64,000 nt of DNA from Takakia lepidozioides (Eukaryota; Plantae; Bryophyta): contig CM060733.1 in assembly GCA_030704615.1 (NCBI GenBank), positions 6,448,001-6,512,000 on the forward strand, read 5' to 3'. The notes beneath the pieces are model-generated. The model did no database searches. It was not told the origin of the DNA and saw only the letters and a program-made list of their open reading frames with translations. The stretch's first letter is position 1. Each line of letters starts with the position of its first letter. This document shows, in pieces, positions 24,201 through 35,862 of this stretch. Both the position numbers and the translations under genes were made by a program.

Positions 24201-26200
24201 CATTGCCTACACTGCTCAGCTTTCCAGGATCTCATGCTTTCCGGGATGGTGGATTTCGCCTCTTGTGGAATAGCCAGTTGCAGCAGTTAGTGGAGCCCAA
24301 TGCTGACGAGCGCGAACGGGCAATGGGTTTTACCACTGGTACCACGGCGGTGCCATCTCTTTCTGAGGCATCACGTCGTCAGGTGTTGGGGCAAGCCATG
24401 GATCTCAATTGCTTGACCTGGATTATCAGCTTGGCTATGGCTGAGCAGCGCAGAATATGGAGTACACTTCCCTTGATAGTCTCTCTGCCTACTGAGACGG
24501 TACAGGCAGCGAGTGGGGGCGAACAGGTGAGGACCACGAGGTGCAGGCCGCATCCATGGCACACGTGGGAGGTGCTTGAGGATCAGAAGGAGTTGGCAGC
24601 CAAGGCGGCGGTGATGGATGAGGTTGGGGATTTTTCTCGGGTTGAGGAGGTCCTTAAGGATAGGATGAGGGGGTAGGATGAGACATTGTCACTGACAGAG
24701 CAGGCAGTGGTCACTGCTCAAGAGGTTGCAGCATTGCAACCATGGGACGCGTCTTCTACCTCTAAGCCTGCTGGACTCGAGGTTGCAGTCACGGAGGACA
24801 ATTGGGAGCCTGATGTTGGACCCATAGTCACCGGAGGAGAGAGACGACGTATACGGCGGTTCTTGAGGGCTTACAAGAACTGCTTTGCCTTCAGTTTGAA
24901 GGACTTGGGAGCACTGAAGGGTCAAGAAATTCGCATTGAATTGGCCACTGACACGCCAATCTTTCGGAGACCCTATAGATACAATGACATGGAGAGGTCA
25001 TTGATTCAGAAGAGGACTCAGAACCTCTGGGAGGCTGGTTTGGTGGAGCAATCTGGGGGAGAGCAGTGATGCCAGCCAAGAAGGATGTCTATGGCAATTG
25101 GACGGAGAGACGTATGTGCGGTGATTACCGGCCTGTAAATCGTCAGACCAAGTCCGATAGGTATGCCATGCCGACACCAGAGGAGATCTTTGATGCCATT
25201 GGGCATGCCAAGGTCTCTAGTACTTTGGATTTACGATCCGGATATCACCAGTTGCCGATCAAGGAGGCGGATAAGCAGAAGACGACATTCTGGGGGATCA
25301 ATGAGCACGGGAAGGATTGCCTATACCAATGGCGGCACTTACCATTTGGGCTTAAGAACGCTCCTGCAGAGTTTCAGAGAGTCATGGACAGGATTCTAGC
25401 AGGGGTGGAGTTTGCTCGGTGCTACATAGATGACATCATCATCTTTAGTGCTACGGTGGAGGAGCATGAGAGACACATTCAGGTGGTATTTGAGCGCTTG
25501 AGGGCGCACGGATTGAAGTTACATCCAGGGAAGTGCAAGTTTTTCCACAACCAAATTGAGTATTTGGGTCACATGATATATCCTGGAGGATTGGGGGTAC
25601 AGCAGACTAAGGTAAAGTCCATTGCACAGATTCCACGCCCCACGGATGTGAGCCGAATTCGAGCTTTCATGGGGTTAGCAAACTATTATAGACGGTTTGT
25701 TAAGGGATTTAGTGCCATTGCAAAGGCTCTAATCAAAGTGACCAAGGTGGACCAGGAGTGGCAGTGGGAAGATGAGCAAGAACAAGCTTTTCAAGAGCTC
25801 AAGGCGAGGTTGACCTCGGCGCCCATCCTGAGACGACCTATCAGGGGGCGTCCTTTTCAGCTGCATACAGATTGGAGCATGATGGGGCTTGGAGCGGTGC
25901 TCACATAGGTGGATGATGAGAGAAGAGGGTTTGTAGTGGCTTATGCTAGCCGCTCGAACAATGCTGCAGAGTCTAAGTATAGCTCATATGAGGGAGAATG
26001 CTTAGCTGCAGTGTGGGCCGTGGCACACATTAGGTGCTATCTATATAGCAATCTCTTCACCCTTGTCACGGATCACCAGCCAATCAAGTGGTTGATGGAG
26101 TCAGACAAGCTTACGGGGAAGTTTGCACGGTGGGCACTCATACTTCAAGAGTATGACTTTCAGGTTGTGCATCGACCGGGTTTGGTCAATCGGGATGGGA
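21272..26200 (+). mobile_element. Ty3/Gypsy retrotransposon body gag-PR-DNMT-RT-RNaseH (decayed; LTRs and integrase lost)
   Basis: Gag with knuckles CWTCGGPHVKKDC and CGHCGKYGHGDAQC; protease LLDSGA ~22795; C5-MTase 23500-24420; RT RMCGDYRPVN, LDLRSGYHQ, LPFGLKNAP, YIDD; RH LHTDWS, EGECLAAVWAV, TDHQP. Confidence 0.95.
23500..24420 (+). pseudogene. DNMT3-like C5 cytosine DNA methyltransferase domain inside the Gypsy polyprotein
   Basis: Motif I LDLFGGISTG (23514-23543), II YVERD, IV GPIHLVVAGWPCQG (PCQ 23762-23770), VI YILENV (ENV 23894-23902), VIII HRPRLWWTNL (24011-24040), IX ERERAMGF and X RRQVLGQAM, in canonical order and without introns. Disrupted by a stop plus small deletion at 23544 and a stop at 24080. 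Confidence 0.92.
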
Positions 26201-26275
26201 TATGAGGTGAAGATTGAGGAATGGCGGGTGTATTGATCATCTGACTATGTCTCCATCACTAGAGGCACAAGGGCA

Positions 26276-27297
26276 GTGGTGACACCGGCAGCTACACCGG
26301 CAGCTTCTGCAAGCAACAGTGGGACGTCAAGTAGAACAGGAGCTGGGAAGTCCACCCAAGCTCCTGCTGCAGCACCAACACCCGTGCCTGCCTTTAACCC
26401 AGTTGTGGAGTTCTTCGAGGAGTTAAGGAGAAACTACCAGGGGATAAGGACGGAGAAATTGCGGAGTTTGCAAGAGTTCCAACGAAAGCCTGCCAAGAGT
26501 TTAAGGGAGGCTTACATGCGCATGAGGCGATTGATAAATATAACCCAAGGGGTTACGGAAGCTCAAGCAGTCCAATTCTGGTATGAGACATTGGACAAGG
26601 AACTGAGAAGAAGGGTGCGGGATGCAACTCTCCTACAAGTGGCCCAACCCACCTTAACAAACGTGTTTTTGCTGGCAGAGCGGATAGAGCTCAATATGGT
26701 AGAGGAGCGAGTAGTCATGGTGGGGTTTGGTAAGGAGACACAACGAAGTGGGGCTCCTAGCCAACAACAACCACTACCCCAACGTGCTCAAGACAACAAG
26801 GGGCTCAGGCAAAGCCCAGGGAAGGACCAAGAGGATCTCAATTGCAGAGGTTACTTCCTTCATTCTCAGGCCAACAATAGTCGGGTGTGACATGTTGGGA
26901 TTGTGGAGGACCCTATGTTAAGAGAGATTTCCCGGAGAGAGGCAAAGGGCCGGCACAAGCACAACTTACACAACTACAATGTGGGCATTGTGGCAAGTAT
27001 GGGCATGAAGAGGCCCATTGTTATGACTTGCATCCTGAGCTACGGCCAGGCCAGTTCCAAGGGAACAATGGTGGCCGAGGACAAGACAATGTAGTCCAGA
27101 GAGGTAGAGGAGGCAGAGGTCATGGTGCAAGCCGTAACCAAAACCAAGGAGCATAGGGTCACGGTCAAGGTCATGACCAAGGCATGGTAGATAGGCTTGC
27201 CCAGCTAGAGCAACGTCTTGCTACCATGGCCACTACTCATGTTGCGCCAGCTCCAAGGCCTGAGGTTCAAGCCCCACCTGCACAACCTCCCATGCCT
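26276..27297 (+). mobile_element. Second, diverged gag fragment of the same Gypsy family
   Basis: SLREAYMRMRRLI..TQGVTEAQAVQFWY..LDKELRRRVRD and CGHCGKYGHEEAHC parallel 21272-22080. It is joined directly after the RH end of the first copy. Confidence 0.85.
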
Positions 27298-30200
27298 AGG
27301 GACACATTGTTGTAGTCCTAACACAGAGGGATGCGGAAGACCCAGTCGAACTCGTAGGGAGGTGGTAAGTACAGCAGAAGACATACGGAAGGGTGCAATG
27401 GTTGGTCGTACCGTGAGCCACGCGCCTACTCCGGGCCCTGCGCACGAGAGAAGTCTGGCCCGATGTGCATCTGAAGGAGCGTCGGAAAGCATGCTGGAAA
27501 ATGAGTGTCTGTGCACGCGTTCCATGATGGTATCCTGTAAATGCTCCAGACCTTGAGTGACCAACTATTCAAAGGGTGGCAGACAAGCCCGTGCTGGTGT
27601 TGGGATGAGATCCCGCGCTGAACGAAGATGTTGCTGGAAGGACAAAGAGCCATCGTCGATGTGGGCAACCACCTCCATGAGAAAAGGGCGTTGCTGACAC
27701 AGAAACCGAGATGCCAAGGCTGGAGCGACTAAAGCCCAACTACCTAGGAAGGCAGCAGGGGCAGTGACGACTGTGGATAGTAAACCCACTCCTCCAGAAG
27801 AGATCGGGAGGGTAGCCTGACGACATGCCAAGGGCCCCTGCTCACTATCAAATGCACCTGGGCCTAATAGACGACCAAAAATCCCCCTAACAGTTGTATC
27901 AAAAGAAGACAAAAGCTCCACAAACTGGGGAGTGGGGGGGGAAACAACGCAAAAGATAAGAAGGTTGCTATAAAAAGCATTTGGTGAGAATGCCATGGGC
28001 TACCTGCATATCGCCTAGTTTGGGAAGAAGCTCTATATGGCTTGTATCCTGTAGCAAAGCGTCTTGGAGGAAAGATGTTGTGTAAGGGGTACTACCAAAG
28101 GGAACACCTAACACTCGAATGCCCTCATATGGTGCTAGAAAGTCGACAGGGGGCACGAAATTTGAAGGCAGACTAGAGGGTGACCAAACTGTGGATTTGC
28201 GAGGTTGAACAGTGAGCCCAAGAGAGTGAAGTTGGGTAGCAAAGTGATGGAAAGCCAAAAGGATAACAGTGGGAGGGCCAGTGATGTGGGTATCATCAGC
28301 AATAGAAGGAAATATACAGGATTGGAAGGCTTGCGCAGATGAGCGAAGAGCTCGGAAGTGGGCAAAAGCAAAAAGAGGTCCCCCTAATGGATCGCCCTGA
28401 CGGGTTCCTACTTCGGACTGGATTATAGAAAGATCTCCGGTACGGGTGTGATGACTGAAAAACAAAGGGGTGGAGGAAGCATAAAACAATCTCACAAAGG
28501 GAATGAGTTGATGGCATGCGCCGCTGGCTAATCGCAGTTCTTGAAATATTCTGATCTGGACACCGTGTTGAAGGCGTTGATCACATCCACCTGAAGGACG
28601 ACCCAGTTTGGATGAAGGTCAAGGGAAGCCCGAATCCCATGCACCACCGCTTCACAACCTCCCGGAGTAGCGACCCCAAACTGATGTGGAGAAAAGTGAT
28701 AAGAAAAGACCTCCCGAAACTGGATGCAGATAGAACGGCTCACCAAGCGATACAGAACCTCCCCCACTGCAATAGGACAAATCCCACCTGTGTTCTTGGA
28801 CATGGCCAAGAGCCGTGCTGCTCCAAGCAAACGTGCTACTGGGGTACGTATATGTCCTATCGCAATGAAAGAGCAAACTTGGTACAGCTGGGAAAAGCCA
28901 CTAGCAGAGTCATGTGGATTGAGACAATCACGGAGGTGTTCATACACCAAACCAGACGGACCGGCTGTTGCAAGATGAGGCTACGAGTGAAGGCTTGTAT
29001 GAAATTATCGCGATCCAATTGAAGGTCCTCATCAGGTTCAAAGTCCTCCACAAAGGAAGGAAGGATGTCGTCCGCACTAGGGTGGAGATTCTCCAAAGCT
29101 GTGACAGTATCAGCCGAAGGCGGTGCTGGGGTAAGAGGAGCAAGAGCTCGAGCTGCACGGGAATACTCTCTGCCCGGCCTAGCATAAGACTCCGACAAAG
29201 ACGCATGTGGATGGATGGAGTTGCCTGGTGTGGGCTATCATGAGCTATTCGCACCGCAAGTGCTTGTGCACGTAGATAATGTTCGTCCCCAGAGAGAAAT
29301 CTACGAAGACGGGCACACGTCTCTCGATGTCCGGATTCACCACCACGTGGAGGCAAAACTAGACACCATAGAGGAAAAAGCAGAAAAAGGTGCTAAGTAG
29401 CAATGTCGTAAGGGTCCCGAGCAAGGCGGTCCAAGGGTAAGCGAAGCGCCATTGGGATGCGTGTATAGAGCCGGGGACGGGGCAAACCCAAATGAAATGC
29501 TCCCAAAACATCAAGGGTCACAATCCAAAGCCATGCCTGGGCAGAAGGAGCTACTAACGGGGTAGGCAAATGACTGTTCGGAGAAGACTGATTGAGTGTA
29601 GAACACGTGTGCCGATGACGCGCAAGCCCCCTGATACGGGCAAACATCCGACCACAACCTGGACAAGGCGCTCGGTCTGGTGGGGAAGATGGTGGTGCTG
29701 GTGGTGGGAGATAAGATGGAGCAAAAGAACGGGCAGTCTGATCAGATGAACCTGTCCGCTGTCTAGAAGGAGGTGGCGAGCCAGGTGGAGAGGTAAGCTC
29801 TGTGGGAGGCCGCTGTGAACCTGAAAGGCGAATTGGGGAAGGGGCACTGGCCCCTTGATTTGGAGTTGTTGTGCCTCGCTTGGGGTTGTCGGGTATCATT
29901 CCTGTAGAGCTGTGACCTTGGGTAGAGTGGGAGGGTTCACCATCAGCAACGCTTCCTCTCCTCCGTGGATGAGGGCTGCTATGACCGGAGAGGGAGGGTG
30001 TAGCACTACTCTTGGCCCCATTTCTACTGCTCCTAGGATTGTCTTGAAAGGAGGGACAGGGCCCACCACCAATATTGCCCCTGGCTGTACCATGGCTCTG
30101 GCGGATGTGCCTAGTGTAAGGGGGCTGACCTACCCTGGCGTCTAGGGTTACCTTGTGTGGCAGAGAAGGGCCCACCAATATGACGCTGAAGGCTGGTGTG

Positions 30201-30460
30201 TGAGGAGTGGGCGGGCCCGGCACCAGCTGCTGTGTCCCGATTAGACCCAAGGTTGGGGTGTCTACCGCCTCTAGCCACAAACTGCAAACTGTCGGCCATC
30301 GGCGTCTGCTGTGTCCCGTTTAGACCCAAGGTTGGGGTGTCTACCGCCTCTAGCCACAAACTGTCGGCCATCGGCGTCTGCCCGCTGTCGGCCATCGCTT
30401 TCCATGAAAGGCTTCTGGAAGACGGCTGCTGCTTACTGCTCAATTCTTACCATAACTCCG
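27298..30460 (-). mobile_element. CRE-clade-like non-LTR retrotransposon (N-terminal zinc finger plus RT), decayed and 3'-truncated
   Basis: Zn finger CPGCGRMFARIRGLARHRHTC (29603-29665); RT motifs PIAVGE, QFGV..GGCEAVVH, DVINAFNTVSR, QGDPLG and IADD; post-RT LPISSGGVGL, ARLLSCAGPGVGAWL and LRVRLGLP. An ~80-bp tandem duplication lies at 30228-30380. Confidence 0.8.
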
Positions 30461-31434
30461 GAGGCATATTCATCTTTTTAGCCACAATGTGATTGCTTTT
30501 CAGGCAAAATTTCGCAGTACGAAATTATCCATGAGAGTTTTTTGTTTTGTTTTTGTTTTTCTTAAAAATAAATTTAAGCAAGGGAAAGGACCTTGAAGTT
30601 GAGGTGATGCCTCTAGGGCCACTCTCCTGCCTCTTACGGATTAATTTTGTCAATTTCATTTCGCTGGGAATTCGAGGAATATGGGCTGTGCTCAGTCGTT
30701 ACCCAACCTCATCTCATATAGTTGGTTATATCTTCCACAACACAGAAATGTCACAGAACTGGGCCGCCACGAAGTTGTAGAGCAGACCATTTTGTAATCA
30801 ATGGGCCTGCCCAGCAGAGTAGTTTTGCATCTTCATCCTGGTCTTGTAATATCATGTACACAGGAGAAGAGATAGAGGTGACTGACTTTGAAGGGCAGCC
30901 CATGCAGTTGGATACATTGTTCTAGTGAGTCTCCATCCCACTGCTCATTTTCTAGTGCTAAAGGAAACAAGATTTTCTTTAATCAAACTGCGACAAGATA
31001 AACTTCCATAAGCACATGCGAAAAGGAAAGTACCGTTTGAACTTACAAACTTAAACTGCAATGTAATCAATTAGTCAATGCAATCAACATGAGCTCGTGT
31101 GAATTGAGGAAATTTCTGCGAATCTTTATACAAAAAGCATTTTAAAGATTCAGAAGTGCTAAAGTCTACTCTACGTTCCACATCCACTGATGGCTGCTAC
31201 AACGAGAACTGGCTTCATATGTGAGCTTCTACACGTTAAAAAAATGTGTGGCCAATTTAAGGACTAAGACGAAGATTCGTACCTTAACCTGCTATGTCTA
31301 CAATGATGGTTGTCACCCATGCAAAATTCAAGTTGAATCAAGTTGAATCCGCATTGCTAGCCGCACCCAAAACCTTAGAAACACTCGCATGTTTGTCCAT
31401 GAAGGCAACATAAATAGAAAGCGAGTATCAGAAG

Positions 31435-34400
31435 TTAAACAGCAGAGCCAGCTTCAGCCACCTTGCTAGCAGGAATACGTTGCCTCTGTTCCACATATGA
31501 TGATGGAAACCAGCCAGCCTTCCCCTTGCATTCTCCCTCTGACCAGCCAGATGGAGAGACCTGTTCCCAAAACACAGTAGGGTTGGTCAAGACATTTAGC
31601 AGCGGTGATAAGGATAGATTTTGTGTTTGCACCCTAACTCAGTTGTTCAGGGGGGATTCTGTCGGATAGAATTGAACCTCTCAAAATTCCCCCAGGTTCT
31701 CAGACAAAGGGCAGCCCCTTGTCCTCATCCCAACCAGGTGATAGAGGAATTTTCAGTGAACAAGAGTACAAGCAGTTTGAACCAGGAGAGAGTTGAAGCC
31801 CCAGACCTGACGAACAACCACGTAGTCCCCAACAGCTAAACTTAGCTCTCCTTGATCCTCTGCTTCAAATGCATGCATCACCTGCCATAGTTGGAGAACA
31901 CAACCACTATCACCATCTGCCAAATATTCACACAACTAGCTGTTCCAACAACACCTTTCACTCAAAATCATTGAAGATTGGATTTAAAGACGAGCAGGCT
32001 GGCTGGCTGCCTAAACAAGCACCAACAAATCTGTGGGGTACTGGCAAACCCCATGCAGAAACCATGTGAGAAGGATAGGTACACATTGACAAAATGGCCA
32101 TGAACCAAGGTAATAGAGGCAGTACAACAGAGTTTACTAACCAATTGCACAAATTGTACAGAACACACTTCGGGAAGTATGTTGTCAGCACTCTTGTGAA
32201 CCGATGACAACAATTAATCTATCACTTAATACTCCAAAGTGGCGCATACCCTCCACTGTCGCAAGACAATTTTGAAGGTAGTTCATGGTTGTGTACAGGC
32301 GGATAAACCTACTGAAAAGTGTGACATCCACCCCGCTTACTTGTGAAGCACATATCACTTGGTAAGGGACTGGAGAAGCTAAAACTGTTTCTTCTACAGA
32401 GTCAGGAGTTTAGATATCAGCCCAGATGTCCTGAAGGAAGACACCAGGTTGGCTGAACAGGCTACAGACCAAACAAAGTGTGACCACCCCATAATATGAC
32501 TAGGCTATTCACTCTCCCTGCCTATTGTCTACAAAGTATGTTCACGTGCACAAAACTGGGATACTAACCGGGTAGCGGGCAGGGCCTTTCTTTTGGCCGA
32601 GCCAAAAAAGGCCCCACATGACGGGAAACAATTCCCTTGCCCACCCCTCCCCGGCTCTCTCTCCCAGCATGTTGCACCACCATGAACAGCGCTACCCTTT
32701 CCCCTCTCATCCACAGCTTGTGCGGATGGTGCCTGTCAAACAGACCGACCCCAAAATACCCCATGTGGGAGCAAGACCTTCCTCTCACAGCTAAAACACT
32801 GTTCTTAGACACATGGCAAACGGTGTCAATTGGCCTGACCTTTGGGGGATGACATTTTATCACCCATGTTTCCATTTATATGACGGCTAATCCTACAACA
32901 CTGGATTGTCTTGTGGTGGTTTGACAAGGCACAGTCAAAAATGGGCTCATGGTGATGGACTCCAGCTTCCAAGTACCAATGACTCCCTAGCAACAGACAA
33001 ATGCCGTAACTGAGAATGGTGATCACCAATGGAACAAAGTAGCCAACTGTGCCAGAGGACCTAATTCATCTCGTGTGGCAAGGTGGGTTACCTCAGCAAG
33101 AAAATACAAAGCCTTTTGAGCAGCCTTTGAACCAGGAGTGCCATGAGAAGCATTTTGCTGTCCACCATTGGCCTTGATGTCCTCATAAGAAGGTGGGGGC
33201 ATAAATGTGTCAACTGCTGCAGCACCCCCTGTGGAAGGTGGGATTGACTCACTCCGTTGACGCTCAGAGACCATCTGCATCTCAGAAGAGAGCCCATAAT
33301 CAGCTACTCGACCACAAACATGATAGCTTAAGTTTCACATGTACACTAGCTAATAACAAGCTAAATGCAAATGGACAATGGATAGACACACATACCAGAG
33401 GTTTTAGAATGAAGGGCTAAGCAGAAGGTTTCAGTTTTGCAAAAGCCAGATTACATGGTCGGTGTATGCCTACCTGAGCCTGGAGCTGATCCAGAATCTC
33501 GGCCACACGCTGATGATAGGCACGCTCAGCTTCAACCTGAGTAACACAACCAATTCGGGTTCTCTTCTGAGCATGTTGACTTATCTAGAACACACATTAC
33601 TGATGTCCAAATGCTCCAGATCACTCCTTGGTCCAGCTTTAAGTAGCCCTAGAACGTCTAAGAACAAGGTTTCGAAGCAACACGAAAAATACGGTGAGAA
33701 CAGGGGTTCCATTGTAGCTTAGTTACAAGGACTTGCACTTTAGAAACATCTACAACTGTTAAGCGTCCCAGGAGTTACAGGTGATGCTTAAAATAACAGA
33801 CCATAGCGATCAGGCGCTGAAGTGTGAGGCGTTGCTGCTGGGCTTCAACAGCAGTCATGGCAGCTGCAGCCTCCTTGCCCAGCACCGCCATAGCGGAGGC
33901 AAGTTCCCCCATCTTCTGTTCTGAAACTTGCAGCTTCACAGTGTTTTCTGGATTGCCCCCTGCCTCTTTATTCTTCAACTGCCTCCTTCCTACCTCAGCC
34001 GCCTGCTCAGAGCCGTCTCAGCTTCAGCAAATAATCATTACAATAATGGAGTGTATGAGCTGGACAACAAAACCATCAAGACCATGACAATCTTGGCCAC
34101 AAACGACCCTGTGTAAGGTGACATCCAGAGGTACAAAAAAGACAAACCTGCGCTTCTGCTTCTTGGCGTAAACGATCATAGCGCTGTGTCAGGTGTCGAG
34201 CATCTTCCAATGGTGCTCCCATCACCATTGCCCTTAAAGGCTCCGCAACCTGGGGCACATTGAACGCAGCAGGAAGCTTCAGAAACATCCTCATATACTA
34301 AGAGAAATGGAATGCTTCAGTGCAAAGAAACAGAGTACACATAGATGAAACAAGGTTTACCTTGAGAGTTTCACCTCCTACTAAACAGGGTTTCCAATTG

Positions 34401-35862
34401 AAGATAGGAAAACATTGCTGGACCTAATCATTCCAAATTTGGCACATCCCTAACATATTTTGGACATTGGCACAACCAGATGGTCCTGCGAAGTAATAGC
34501 TCACTTCAACAAGCCCCACAAGCACCGCTGACTGACACAAGACATACCTGAGTACCAAAAACCCTGTGTAAGCCATCCCGCTCTCTCTCCATCTGTGTTC
34601 GTGCTGCACCATAGTGCATAGAGGCTCTAGCAAGCGCTCCCCCAACACCAGGACTTTCTGTCGCATACTTGCGGCAATCATCTGCAAGCTTAGTTCCTGC
34701 ACATGAAAAAATGGAGTGGCAAAGTCAGAGTGTCACACTGGGGAAGGGCAAGGACCAACCTGTATGCTTCACTGCTTCACTTGAGAATTACCGAAGAGTA
34801 AGAATCAAGTTCAAAACATCACAGTAAAAGACTTATGGAAAGAAAAAACACTGCATTCATCATCCAGGACTTACCAACTTCCAGTTGCTTTGATCCTGTG
34901 GATATAAGGCCTTCAACACCTCTGACGATTTCCCGTTGAAAGTGCTGCAAAGAAGGTTTATTTTAAATCACCAAAACACGCATCTCAGTTCGTCTGTAGC
35001 AACCTTTAATAAGTTCTGAGATTACGTGCATACAGGTTCATCAACCCATCCATAGCCTCCTTTGCCAATGTGAATGAGGAAGAGTGATGCATGCTTCTTA
35101 TTATCCTTTTGCAATCTCCATGCTAAAACAAGGGGAAGGTATGAATGACAAAAACCTTGCCAGCCTTCGTAGATGTGTAAAGTCTCTCAAGCTGCTGGTG
35201 TCGTTGAAGCTCTGCTTCATCAGTAATAACTACATCAACCCCTTGAGAGCCTCCAAGGCCTGTGAACTGCTTCAACACTGCCTGCACATTCCAGAGCCCC
35301 TTCTGTTATCAGCTCCCTAGATTTGGTTTCCCTGAAGTAGAAAGCACCCACCATGACAATGACATCCAGCAGATCTGGTGTGCAGAGATAAGGTCACGTT
35401 TCAATGGCAATACACAGTAGACAGTGGACACTAAACAATGCAGACACGCCCCCCAATCAATTTGCTGGTAGCATTGATTGGCTTTCCATGCAAAGGCAGA
35501 CTCTGGGAGACATTGTGGTTGGTGTGGTATCTTTGAGCAATCAACTAAAGAAGAATGCTGGAAAGATGTGAAAGGCCCTTTCCAAAACAATCTAGAACCT
35601 CCCTGTACAAAGCAGGTGCCTTCTGGAGACTGCAGTAGGATTTGGAGCTGATGACAATGACTTCAAGTAACTGCCTACACAAAGATGGAAGTCCAACTGA
35701 AACTCCACTGGAGTATAGTTTCTCATCTCCAGAATCACTCGACACTGCAATTCAGACAGGAAAAGCTAGTTTAGGAAAGGAGACAAGAACACAATGCAGC
35801 ACCTGTTGTTGCTTGGCCACCTGCTCCCGAAATTTACTAGCTTGTTTTCTGAGAGCATCCAT
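31435..35862 (-). CDS. SH3P2: SH3 domain-containing BAR protein (SH3P2-like), multi-exon
   Basis: Exon 1 MDALRKQASKFREQVAKQQQ (35803-35862); internal EPLRAMVMGAPLEDARHLTQRYDRLRQEAEAQ and EAQQQRLTLQRL; SH3 GELSLAVGDYVVVRQ/GWSEGECKGKAGWFP; stop at 31435; GT-AG introns. Confidence 0.93.

Noticed and set aside
23500-24420. MTase as a host DNMT3/DRM gene, or as bacterial restriction-modification contamination
   Set aside because: It is intronless, collinear with gag/PR/RT and repeated in a second TE copy. It has no DRM permutation or UBA domain and no cognate nuclease, and it is embedded in plant sequence.
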